Positions 50,816 through 63,141 of a stretch of DNA of 64,000 nt are shown here, piece by piece. Location: the NCBI GenBank assembly GCA_949358305.1, contig OX442314.1:26040001-26104000 (forward strand). Direction: 5' to 3'. How positions within the stretch are numbered: position 1 is the first letter of the stretch; each line of letters begins with the position of its first letter. This DNA is from Strigamia acuminata. Its lineage: Eukaryota. The translations under genes were made by a program, and so were the position numbers. Under the pieces are notes generated by a model. That model was given only the letters and a program-made list of their open reading frames with translations, ran no database searches and was not told the DNA's origin.

Positions 50816-51739
50816 TAAGCATGTTTGTTACCTATTGTCATCCCAGAATACAGTGCAGCTATATATTATGTGGCGCCATCGGTGGCAAAACGCATTGAAC
50901 ATGTGGCTACATGTCCATGTTATTCTTGGTTCATGGTACAGGGTAACGTAAAAATTTCCGGAACAAAATGGAGTCTCGAGTGAAAAAGGTTTAAAAAGCC
51001 CTTCTATTCTATTACAATAGCACACTATTGAATTGAAACAATAGAAGCGCAAACTTCAGGCAATTGTTGCACTGCTAACTTCATCTTTGTGGACACATTG
51101 GCCGATAGATCCAAAGAAGCCTTTAATCAATATGGTATTTCCGTCCATTGTCATTACTTTGACCATCGAGTTGAGTATTTTCACAAGGTGGAAATGCTCC
51201 CATTATATTGCTAGGTTAAATGCAGTATGAAATTGCCTCGTTTTACAACCATGTAATTCAATTGAGCATTTCGTTCTTTCACATGGATCAATTTAACTAG
51301 TGTAAAATTCAATTTACTCCACACCAATACATCTGTATGCAAATGTACACCACGTCTCGCTGTTTATAAGCATCTTTAACACTATTAACTTCCATAAGTC
51401 CGAAACACCCATCTCGCATTTCAATTAGTTTAGGTCAGAATAAAATTACAACGCCTACTGAATTATTTAACTGTTTAGATATACAAGCCGTTGACAAATG
51501 TGTGCAAAAAAGGGTAAATACACTCGACGCATTCGCCCAACAGAAAAATTCATCCTAACTAACTTCCACGAGAAATTCAATTAAAAATTCATAATAATTA
51601 ATGAAAATTGGTTGACTTCCTTTCCAACATAATGCGATTGACATCTACCACTTTTCGCTACGGCTTTTAGTGTTTAAACAAACTCAACTCAAATATTTGA
51701 TACACTAGACGCATTTATAAATTTATTTAAACTTTATTA

Positions 51740-52232
51740 TAGAGTTTGCGGAATGCATTTTCCCCTACAGTTAAAGGCTATACGGTATAAAAATAGTGTA
51801 AGGAAAAAATGATCAATTAAGTTTTTGCAGGCTGCACTTTTCCCTTATCACTACACTATTTCATCCAACTGCTGACAGTTAGTAATTTTGGGCCTAAAAA
51901 TTCAATTTGGGGGCGTAAATGTGCAAATTTCTGCATAAAATTCCATTCTTATGCTTATAAAGTATGGTTTTGGGCCTAAAATTCAATTTTGAGCCTCACT
52001 TATCATTCAATCTACGTACCTATGACTGTGATGTGTTTGATCGGGACAACAAAATAATCGCCATTTGCAATGGGCGGAGCTAACAATATAGTGTTCTCAA
52101 TTCTGATTGGCTGCGCTATATTTTAATTTAGTGTTGAAAACGATACACTAAAGATTTTTCCCTTACGATATGGCACTAAAATAGTGTAACGTGGCACAAA
52201 ATAAGGGAAAAATGCATCCCGCAAACTCTCTA
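51740..52232 (+). mobile_element. MITE family A, copy 2, nested in a TAGGCG-family element (51706-52300)
   Basis: Near-identical to 9389-9882; host ends tagacgcatttataa / ttatgaatgcgccta. Confidence 0.95.
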
Positions 52233-52483
52233 TTAAAATTTTTACATTTAGACTGGTTTAAAAAAATAAACACGTTCAAATATCTTTATGAATGCGCCTA
52301 TCCGCATGGTTCAAAAACACATTACAAAATACAATACATTTTTGTGTGCTATTGGTTTGCATTCCTAATATTATTGTTTCTCAAATATGAATGCATTTTC
52401 AAATGCATTTTTTCAATTGTATTATGAAATTTAACGCACAAATAACATTAATCCAACGGTATAACGATGTATAACCACATCAC

Positions 52484-52796
52484 TAGGGGGAACCAGAAAA
52501 GGGAGGAACTGCTTAACCGTAAGTAAAGCCCAGTATGTGAAAATGTCACTGCGCATGCTCAGGTTGTATTTACGAGGTTGTGTTTTTGACACACCGATTC
52601 GTAACAAATGCCACGTAAGAAAGGGAAATAAAAAAATGTACCATATATTTGGTTTTCGCGCAAGTTTTTACGCCCGATCCGCACCCTCCAACCTCCGGAT
52701 GTATACACACTTGGACAAATAAAAAAAAATCAAAGGACATCGTCGAACCGCACATAATTCCTTAAGCACGATTCCACACTTTACTGATTCCCCCTA
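52484..52796. mobile_element. MITE with TAGGGGGAA(C/T)CAG TIR
   Basis: tagggggaaccag ... ctgattcccccta; second partial copy at 45002. Confidence 0.85.
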
Positions 52797-55772
52797 TTGT
52801 GTGAAGCCGAAGATACAAGTTTTTGTTGTTTGCCCCTTAGCATGGTGATAGCCTTTAGTTGGACAAGGATGAGAAACAACTGAGATTCCCAATTCACAAA
52901 ATGGAGTTTGGGATTGTTAGCTGACATAAGATGCATCCAATAATAATAGGTCCACCCCTCCATTGTTACATAAAATAACTTCTGTGATTGTTACAGAAAC
53001 GACAATTTATTTCTGATATTAGTACAATAAAATAATGTTATCCCTCTATTTTCAAAGTATTTAAACAATACACAAAACAATTGGGCAGATTTGTATTGTG
53101 ATGAGATTTTTCCTTAATGTTCACCAATTTGCTTTTTAGCACACGTGAATTTGTAGTTGCGTGTGTCTGCAACTTCCGTCCGAGGTCACGTGGCTTATGG
53201 AAGTATAAATTGGAAAAAAATTAATAAAGCGCCACCTTTTGATCAATTTTGACAAAACTTTTTGCGCCAAGCAGCATGCTGCCGGTGGGATGAACGACTA
53301 GTCCAAGTACTGACTAAACCAAATACTGCTTAACTTTAACCTTCTGTGTTCTAATGGGAACAACTGACTAGCATGGTAAGCCGTTCCTAGTTCCTACGCA
53401 GCATTTATCCTCCACCAAGGCACTGCTCGTTCCTGTGGGCCCAAAGTCTGGTGGGCCCGTATCCATTGCCCCTCTGTATCCCCTGATGGTGTATACCCTT
53501 GTGAACATATCCTTAAGTTCCATTTTCCTTATCGTATCGCATAAACACTGAAACAGAGTCAAACACCAGAGATTTGACACATACTTTCACTAATTTTACT
53601 AACCCATGGTACATTTTGCTAATACGTAATTTTATTAATGAGAATGCAATACTCCAAACGCAAAAAATAAATAAATAAATAAAAAAATAAAAATAAAAAA
53701 TAAAAAGATAAAGATAAAGATGAAGTACACTATGACCCTGCATATCAGACGAAGTGGTGTTTCGATCGTCGAGTTGAGCTTTTGAGCCGTTTTTTATGCT
53801 GCTCAGAAATACTGAACATAGAAATGTAGTGTCAACAGCACTGTGGTAGCAAGTCCAACAAAATTGCAATTTCATTTTTATAAAACCCAAATTAGACCTG
53901 GTGGAGACATCCGTAGAACATCAGAACGACTTGACATTGTAATGGACGGCCAACTGCGGAATGTTTTAAAACTCCGCTGGACGTCCATTGGATATTATCC
54001 GGCCATGCCCAAAAGCTCAAATAGACTTCCTTTTCACAATGGCGAGAGAAGAGTTCAAAAGACACTCAGCTCAACTGGTATTAAGAAATTAATGCACAGT
54101 TTCCTGTGGGTGTGCGACATTTCAGCTTTGCGCATTCTATTTCCCGATGTAAACACCCGCACTTGTCATCTCCGAACAGCCATAGTTATTACAGAGTTTG
54201 CGACAGACACTTCCTTAGTAAGAAATTCATAAAAACTAATGCTAAAGTTTGGCCATTTGCCCCCCCCCCCACTAGTTGCAGCATTGTTACAATCACATGA
54301 TCATATCACCTGACCTCATTACGACTGATTTTACACAATAATTAGTAGGCACATCCACAAATGCGTGTTTAACTTGCACTTAAACATGTTTTATTGTTTA
54401 AAAGTTGTGCGCATACCCACTGCAAGATGGTTATATAGTTTAAATATATTGTTTAAAATTCTGTGTAGTCTAAATGACTTTATGAATACGCCTAGTAAAA
54501 CGAAAAAGAATTAAAACTTTCATTGTGGTTAAACTTTTTCATGTAATTAATCACCTGACTGTCAATTTTTTAATATAAAAACCATATCCTCTAATAAAGC
54601 TTACGTCTAGAAGCATCACGGCTTTAATATTCATCAGTTTGCACTAATGCACTTAATGTAGAAACCTGACTTGGTTTAGGAATGCTCTAAAAACATGCAT
54701 ACCCCTACTGTTTATTGTATTTAAATTTGAACCTTGTTTAGTGCATATGACCCTTGAAGATGCTGCACCATTAACCACTTCTTCTTCATCATTTTCTTGA
54801 AAATTAAAAGTCATGACTTTTATTACCAGCTTTTGTGCTAATATCTGTTTGACATTCTTTCACCCTCTGCCGCCTAACCATGTGGACTTTGGTCCACATT
54901 TCCATGTTAAACCAATTAAGACAAGAATCCTTTTGGTTTGGTGTTAGCCCACACACTCTATTTAAGCTCCATTTTTCCGTCCAATCAAAAAGCTTCTTTC
55001 CAAACTCTGAATTATACCTCAATCATTCAATGTGTAACAAGCATTCACCCTATGATTATCTTATCAACTCAATACAAGCCAATTACAATAATTATCAGAA
55101 ATTCACATTTCAAAACCCACTAATTGAAATTCTAATCTAAACTTGCAGTAATAATTAATATCCAGTCAGACATCTCACTTTAAAATATTGACAAGATGAA
55201 TTGGTTTAAAAGCTTTTCTTCCCATCTCCCCTTCACTAAAAATATATAATAAAATTTAAAAATTTAAAAAAAAAAAAAACTTAAAAAGAAAATTTCAAGT
55301 TTTTTATTTTTTTTTATTATTTACTTTCTCGATAAAATCTCTAAGGAAAGTACAAAGTAAGCATTTTTCTCAAATGGAAGCCTAGTAAAATAAAATAAAA
55401 AATAAAAAAAAAGCAAAGTGACACATCCATACAGTTTAAAATGGCCAACCCGCCATACATTTCTTTTTTCTCCATTCCATTCTCACTATAAATGGGTCTT
55501 TCATCACAAAAATCAGCCTTCTTTTACTATTTTTTTACACCCCCATTATTCACTTTAGCAAACCCAGCTTTACTCACATGAAAAATTATCTCCATGTTTT
55601 TCTGCTGAATATTTTACTGGAATGTATCCTAACTTTTGTTTGCTCAGCGAACCCAGCCCGTGCTAAAACATTCACAAATTACATACCAGCAAAAAAACAA
55701 GTCAAATGCTCATATCACTTGAAAAATCTCTGTAATTTGAACAATCTAAACCCCTAACGTAGGTTACAACAT

Positions 55773-56242
55773 TAGACAGTTTGCGAGATGCATACGGTAT
55801 AAAAATAGTGTAAGGAAAAAATGATAAATTAAGTTTTTGCGGGCTGCACTTTTCCGTTATCACTACACTATTTCAGCCAACTACTGACAGTTAGTAATTT
55901 TGGGCCTAAAAATTCAATTTGGGGGCGTAAGTGTGCAAATTTCTGCATAAATTTCCATTATTATGCCTTTAAAGTATCGTTTTGGGCCTTTAATTCAATT
56001 TTGAGCCTCACTTATCATTCAATGTATGTACCTATGACTGATGTGTTTGATCGAGACAACAAAATAATCGCCATTTGCAATGGGCGGAGCTAACAATATA
56101 GTGTTCTCAATTCTGATTGGCTGCGCTACATTTGAATTTAGTGTTGACAACGATACACTAAAGATTTTTCCCTTACAATATGGCACTAAAATAGTGTAAC
56201 GTGGCACAAAATAAGGGAAAAATGCATCCCGCAAACTCTCTA
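55773..56242 (+). mobile_element. MITE family A, copy 3 (small deletion after the left TIR)
   Basis: tagacagtttgcgagatgca[deletion]tacggtataaaaatag...gcatcccgcaaactctcta. Confidence 0.95.
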
Positions 56243-58600
56243 ATAAATGCCAACTAGGGGATATAACGAATACGGAATACCAAATGCCAAATAATTACCG
56301 AATACTAAAATCACCAAATACCGAATATTTATCGAATACTAAAATCACCGAATACTAAATATCAAATATTTACAGAACAGAAAAATTAAATTGTGATATT
56401 ATAAAAATTTAGAGACAAAATATTCTTATTTAAAAATTTAATAAATAAAAATAAAAATAGAAGCAAAATCTAAAAGTAAACATCCACACAATCAAACATT
56501 AATTAACCTTAATTAAAAATTACTGCAGCATTAATTTTTTTTCCTTTCATTAAATAGAACTGCATTTATTTAGTTTATTTCTCCAGTTGTAAACACAAGC
56601 CCTCTGGTGTTTATTTGCGAAACTCTAAAAATAACTGATTACATAACAATGGCGCTTGAGCACGTAGCAAATGTAGAAATTATTTATCTTTTTAAAATGT
56701 TTGCATAAACAAGGACAGTAAAACGAGCCAAACTCCTTTATTTATTTTAAACAAAAAATAAAACAAAAAAAAGCATTATATAATTTTAAAAAGATTTAAT
56801 AATTACGGTACTCGATGTGGAATAATTAATATAATTTCACTGTTGCAATAAAACAAATAGTTATATAAAAATAAACAAAGCAGCTTTATTTGCATTTTCT
56901 ATTTTTAAATTTGCATTTTCTATTCCTACAATTGAATATTTAGTCTGTAAAGATCCATTTTCATATAATGTTCATAAAAAAGGTTTCCAAAATCATTTTA
57001 ATTTACTTTTCTTTCAGTTTTTTAATTAAAACTATTTCTCCAGTTGCTAAAATAACAATGCAATCAACTCAGCAAAAAATACAACCCCCCACATTAAAAA
57101 AAAAATCAATTTGATTAAAACAAAATTCAGTTTTTCTTGTTTTTCCAAACCAAATAAATTCTCTAAAAATATGTTTCTTAATGCACCCATTCAGCTCTAA
57201 TTGGTGCTTCAACAATCATAAATATTTACAATTTTTTTTTTTTTACTCAATTGTCACACAACAGGTTGTTTTCTTTTTCAACTGCAAGAGCTTGTCTACT
57301 ACTAATTGCCTCATTCAAAACTAAGTGAGAGCAAAACACACAATCCCACACGTGTGTAAATTTGGCTTCCACCAAAACTAAACATTTTCACAATTTGTTT
57401 TTCCCTTTTAGGGTTCAATTCGATCCTCCTTTACCAATTCTGAAGTAATTTAAATTTTTAAAACAAATATTTTTTTTTAAAAAAAATTAATAATTTCTCA
57501 TTAACCCAAAACACCCAAACAAACAACCTATTAAAAGCTCCAACTCATATCTAAGCATAAACCTGCAATTCATCTCTTGGCACAACAACAAAAACTTTTA
57601 TATTTTAAATAATGGCTACTCAGCATTTTGTGCAATCTCATTTTTCACTACATTGTCAACAAGTGATGTCACATTCTCTCACTCAAACACTAATAGCAAA
57701 AAAATGTGTGGGAAATGACGTCATCAACTCCAATCATGAGGATATAAAAATATTGGCAGAACCATACAAAAAATAATAATTCACCATAATGATGATCTCA
57801 CAATCCAAAAACTATATATTACTACCAAAAATATACAAAATAAATTTGTTTTGACACACTCAATTAAATTTCTCCATAAAAAACAAGTTAAGAAGACTAT
57901 AAAATGGTAATACAACCACAGAGGCAAAGGAAGGGGCAGAAAAATGTCAACACAAAGTCGAGTGAATTAATTTGATCAGAGGACCTTTTGAAAATTGAGT
58001 CTTAACTTGGTATCAAAACTAGTTCCAGCCATGTCTCAAAAAGAATTATTTAAATTAAATTCCTTCAAATACAATCCACAAAAGAATTCCAGGTCAAGTT
58101 GATGACCTATCTATTCAATGCCTTCCAAATAAGCCCAAAAAAGTAATAAATCACCGAAAATTTGACACTATTTCATTCAATTTACATATAATCATCAACA
58201 AAGACTCCCATTCATTAAATAAAACAGCAAGCAAAACTTCAGATTTTATATTTTTTTATTACTATTATCTACTACCTCCACACAACCAGGAAGCAGAAAA
58301 CCACAATCAAAATTTATCAAACAAGAGAAAAAAAGATCAAGATTACTGTCACAATCAGCTACTATGTTGAAAAAAAGATCAAATCAACTCAAGAAATTCT
58401 TTATTTATTATTTTTAAATATTAAATAAACATTTAAAAATAAAAAATAAATGAAATGAAATGAAATAAAAAAAAAATATCACGATTCAATCCAGCAGATC
58501 CCATCAAGGCCATTTGCAATAAAACACTTGAAAACATTCGACAACAAGTGAGTGAGGGTGGAAAATGAAAATGGATCAAAGCATGGTAAAAGCAACATAC

Positions 58601-58644
58601 CTTAGTCATAGAGAAGTATTTTTTCGATGTCCAGAGAGCAACAT
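58601..58644 (-). CDS. 44-nt exon, (D)VALWTSKKYFSMTK
   Basis: Strong acceptor ccttcttttcctttcTAG| and donor AAG|GTATGT. Only one frame is open (phase 1 in, phase 0 out), matching the flanking candidate exons. Confidence 0.6.
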
Positions 58645-58985
58645 CTAGAAAGGAAAAGAAGGTACAAGTAGGAGGAGTTGGAGGATATTATTATTTTTTA
58701 TGGTTGCCTTCTCCCTCCTCCCTCAAGTGTAGAATGGCTGAGTCACGTGACTCTATGATTGGCCAGATGCTGAGACACCACTAGGCATGTACAATCCATC
58801 AACTCTCAACCCAAAACAGTGTGCATGGAAAAATCAACTGGTCTCCAAATAGGATAAAGTGGATTTTTCCACCCAACATTTGTTTGTTTATTTATTTAGG
58901 CGGCTATCAATCAGAAATAGATTTCGCCCATTTTAATCGCCGATAATTATGTTTACTTTTTTTCTTTTTACAAAATTATAAGAGT

Positions 58986-59018
58986 GACCTCAGATCAGAC
59001 GAAAGTACACGCTGAATT
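58986..59018 (+). pseudogene. 28S rRNA extreme 5'-end fragment
   Basis: gacctcagatcagacg...acacgctgaatt matches the conserved animal 28S start GACCTCAGATCAGACG......CCCGCTGAATTTAAGC. Confidence 0.7.
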
Positions 59019-60193
59019 ATGGTTTCTACATTTTTACATTTAGACTTTGCAATTTTAAATATTTCTTCTACGGGTTTTCGTAAATATAATTTCACATGAC
59101 ACTAAACGCATACAAATGTGTCGGACAGCTTTTGCATATAATTTCCTTATTTTTATTTTCCATTATGAAAATCTCAAAGTGTCCTACCAAATTGGATTAT
59201 AATAATTATTTTTTATATATTTATAAGATTATACAAATTTAAATAATTAAATTAACAATTTTAATTTATGTAAGTACAAATGTCAATAAAATTGTGCAAA
59301 AAAAAGAGATAATAAAACCAGAAACATTTAATGACTCAAGATTTATCCCAAATCTGCCTGCACCATTTTAAAGTAGCAGTTTCCAAATGCCAATTTCATT
59401 AAGAGCAAAAAAAAAAATAAAATTTTATAAAATCTTATTTTTCTCACTTGTTTACCATTTTCATCAAATCAAGACATCCTCAATATCCTAATGAGTGACA
59501 CATCTGCCTTCCATGGCTTCCTCTGGGTCACCTCAATATCCAACAAGGTGAACAAAAATCAACATCATATCTTCACATTTCTTTTACAACTTTATCTTTA
59601 TTCATCAAGGCTTCCTTAAATTTGTAGGTGACAAACAAGTTGACAACTTCTGCAACAAAGTCAACATGTTTACAAAATAAACAGACATGTGTAGATTGTT
59701 TAAACGTGCATTACTTTTATCTCGGTGTTGTCTTTGGCTTTTGATCTTCCCAGTCAAAACCTCAGCTTGGTTAATTAAAACAAAAATTTCAAATTGATAT
59801 TCCCATCTAGAGATCACAATTCTCCACGACATCTCTCTACTGAAACAATATTTTGTTTAGGACACAGCAGTTTAGGCAAGAATTAATCAATAATCTAGCC
59901 TCCATTAGCTATTCATTATTCTGTCCTGTCAATGCCCTTATCATATGGGCCAAAAGAAACACTATTAATATTGATTTTTAGTCTATGAATGGTGTATCTC
60001 CTGTAGTCTGCAATTCAGCAATCAAAAGCCAAGCTTTACTGCAACTATTGCCATTACTTGTACATTATGACTGCAGCTTGACCGGTTGTTGAATTAACTG
60101 CTGCCCTCTTTTAATCGTTGCAACAATGAACCAAATGCACCTATCCATCTCAAGAGAAGGTTGATACAAAATGGCGTCATCGCGACCGATTTA

Positions 60194-60529
60194 CCGTATT
60201 TTACCGATTAAGAGTCGCCTTCGAATAGTAGCCGCGGCTGACACACCAAGAATACCGTATTTTTGCAAAAGTACGGTATTGTTTCCGTATTTAACCTCAT
60301 GAAAATATGCAATTTAAGCCAATTTCGGCTATATATGCAATATACATATGAAGCATGCATTTATGCATTTATCTGGGGTCTACTCATGAACGATGAACAT
60401 ACGCTTCGTTTGTGACATTCAGACTTTGTAACATTAAACAAATGTAACAAACGAAAAACCGAAATTGTAATTGCTGACAAAAATGGCAGTTTTGAATTAA
60501 AGCCAAAGCTCTTAATCGATAAAATACGG
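60194..60529. mobile_element. mariner/pogo-like MITE (CCGTATTT TIR, TA TSD)
   Basis: TA ccgtattttaccgattaagag ... ctcttaatcgataaaatacgg TA. Confidence 0.88.
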
Positions 60530-60717
60530 TATTTAAAAAACTTCTAATTTCAAATACATATCACTTTGATGTTTAAATAACAAATACAACAAACGATGTT
60601 AACTTCACGACTCGTGATTATTTTCCGAACAAATCTTGACCGGTTAGCTGTCGTTCCAGTTTCGGTCCCAGTTGCTGTCACCACGTCGAAACTTATTGGT
60701 TGCGAAGGATCAAATGC

Positions 60718-60829
60718 TCACTTATTTGTATCCTTGAGGTTGTGTGATATGCCCATCCAATAGGATTTTTTCACGGTCACTTATTTCTATCCTCGAGGTT
60801 GTGATTTGCCCAACCAATGGGATTTTTTC
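60718..60829. repeat. ~59-bp imperfect tandem duplication
   Basis: tcacttatttgtatccttgaggttgtg..gcccatccaataggatttt / tcacttatttctatcctcgaggttgtg..gcccaaccaatgggatttt. Confidence 0.85.
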
Positions 60830-62148
60830 TCTCTCACAACTTTTTCTAAATCGACTTTAGGCCAGGCCATAGCATCCTTAAAGTGTTGATCTTTATTCAC
60901 TTTCAAGACTGTTGGCACTAACTTCGCTAACACTTTCAATTCAGCCAACAAAGAAAGAGAGAGAGAGAGTTCTTCTAACATTGAAGTTTTTAAAGATTTT
61001 GGCATTAATGCTGCAACATAAGGAAGTTGCTTCACATTTATTAGCACAAACCACTTTCATCTAGCCCAGAAAGCAGGTACGGTTACAACACAACAACCCT
61101 TAAAACAAGGCTTAAACCATTCCAAAATGTAATTTAAAAGTAATCCAGCTTTAATTTTTGAATTCAACATAACTTTAATACAATTTCATGACAGAACCAG
61201 AGAGTCTCCTACTCCTCTAGAAAACACAATCCCCTGTATAATGGAAGCCAGAGGAATACCAACCATTATTTCAAATTATTAATTCCCTCTAGTGCCGACA
61301 TAAAGAAACTAATCTAAGAAATGATAGACAAGATGTGATTAAGTTTAAGACAAGGAGAAAAAAAAATTTATGAAAGCATAAAGGAAGGAAGATGGAAGTC
61401 GACTCTCAGGTGAGATATTAGGGCTTGAAATAGAAGTAGTGGCGTTTGGAGGTTGGTTGCAACTTGCATAAAACATGAGCAAGGGTCAGCATTGGAGGCA
61501 GCTGCTGTTTTCCCCGGAATCCTGTGATTCAGTGTCACCGTTTAAAAATGTTTTCTTTTAGTTTACTCACTCAATCTGCTCGATTTGTATAAAAATGTTG
61601 GATTCGACTGCAGGGGGGAGAGGCCTAGGAAAAATCAATTTTTTTCCAATTTTTATTTCCTGGCTTTGGAAGAAACATTATTTATACCATGTCCAAATAA
61701 ATTCCACTGACAGTTATAACCGCAATGTGGCGCCACTGAGACATCATAACCACATGCCACAGTCAACAGATGGCACAGAGGAAAAAATGTATAAAAATAA
61801 AAGTGAGACAAAGAAAATGAAGGTTTAAAAAAAAATTGTGGTTGCTTCAGGTTAAAACATTAAAACTAAAACATAATTAAAATTTCAAATTAATTATTAA
61901 AATCGCATAAATATCTTTAAATAAAAAAGTAATAGTTTTTTAAAACGGTACAGCGAGGTCGTAAAGCTAGCTAATCAGTGTAAATCGATTATAACTCCTT
62001 TTTAATTGAGTCAAAATATTTAAAATTTAATTTTTCATAAATTCCCCATCGCCGTAATAGATAAAAATTACTCCGTACTTTTTTATTAAATTTTAGCTCC
62101 TGAATATGAAAGGCTTTAAAAACCATTATTTATGCTTAAGCTTGATAC

Positions 62149-62745
62149 CAGTGCTTCTCAAACTATGTAATGTAGTAAACCGGTATATTTTTGTCGCAAT
62201 GTGTTATAAAACGTTATTTTTTTGTTCTAATGTCTTACGGACCAGTATCTTTTGTCCAAATGTGTTGCGGACTATACCTCGTTAAAACGGATCGCAAGAA
62301 ACCCGAAAAATCGATTCGTTATAACGAAAGTTCGCTATAGTAGAACCTCGATTATCCGGACTAATTGAGAGACATGGGTGTTCATAAAACCGAATTGTTC
62401 AAATAATCGAACATTAGGATTATACACGTACTGCACTGCATATAAAAATAAAAAAACAACATTAAAATATTGTTAAAAAGCATTAAAACCGACCAAAAAC
62501 TGTCAAAAAAAAACATTAAAAACTGATTAAAAGTATTTGAAAATCGTAAAAACACATTAAAAACCGATTAAAAGTAGGTGAAAATCGTAAAAACACATTA
62601 AAAATCGATTAAAAAATCGATAAAAAATCACCTACTGCTTTTCCGATAATCGAGCTTCTACTGTATATCAAAATTTTTTAACACGGTGTTCTATGGCCAG
62701 CCAACCAACAAAATCCTTATTGTCCCAATGTGTTACGGGCATGCG
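62149..62745. mobile_element. Nested MITE cluster: hAT-like (CAGTGCTTCTCAAACT) > Tigger-like (62274-62715) > pogo-like (62338-62663)
   Basis: Inner element TA[tagtagaacctcgattatc...gataatcgagcttctactg]TA with its empty site at ~15360-15375. The outer aatgtgtt(a/g)cgg motif resumes after the middle element. Confidence 0.8.
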
Positions 62746-63122
62746 CAATAAAAATAGTTCCGAGTTCACTCGAATTAAACAACCTTCTGCGAGGGATTAT
62801 TCACTACTCGAATAATCCTTGTCAGCCCTGTTTACATGACAGTTGTGCACACCGAATATTCCACCTCACTCGAAATATTGCATGCATGTAAACATAGTAT
62901 GTGAAGCGCTGTTTTAAATTTTAAAGACAAACCCCCAAGACAAACCTCTTACCTTTAAAACCCAATGGAGCAAACCTACTTTTAATAACTTCATAAGATC
63001 AAATTAAATTTCAAACCTGGAAATGCCTCCCATTTCTTTTTTAATTTTTAAATTTTTAAATTTTTTTTGGAACTTGGCCATCTTTTTTTCATTCAAAAAT
63101 TTCTCTTTCTTCAACTACCTAC

Positions 63123-63141
63123 CTGAAGGTGTTTCACTCAT
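63123..63141 (-). CDS. Candidate start exon (exon 63123-63160; coding MSETPS + first base of D) of an unidentified large minus-strand gene
   Basis: Minus strand: cgtttttaattAG|ACTTGACTTGTGTAATTTG ATG AGT GAA ACA CCT TCA G|GTAGGT. The phase-1 donor matches the phase-1 start of the 58601-58644 exon. The frame is also open upstream of the ATG, so this may be an internal exon. Confidence 0.45.

Noticed and set aside
53368..53580. GC-richer 70-aa ORF (MELKDMFTRVYTIRGYRG...)
   Set aside because: Short, no identifiable family, no matched splice signals.
62953..63016. Strong donor AAG|GTAAGA
   Set aside because: Only weak acceptors upstream and no evidence that it joins the assembled frame.
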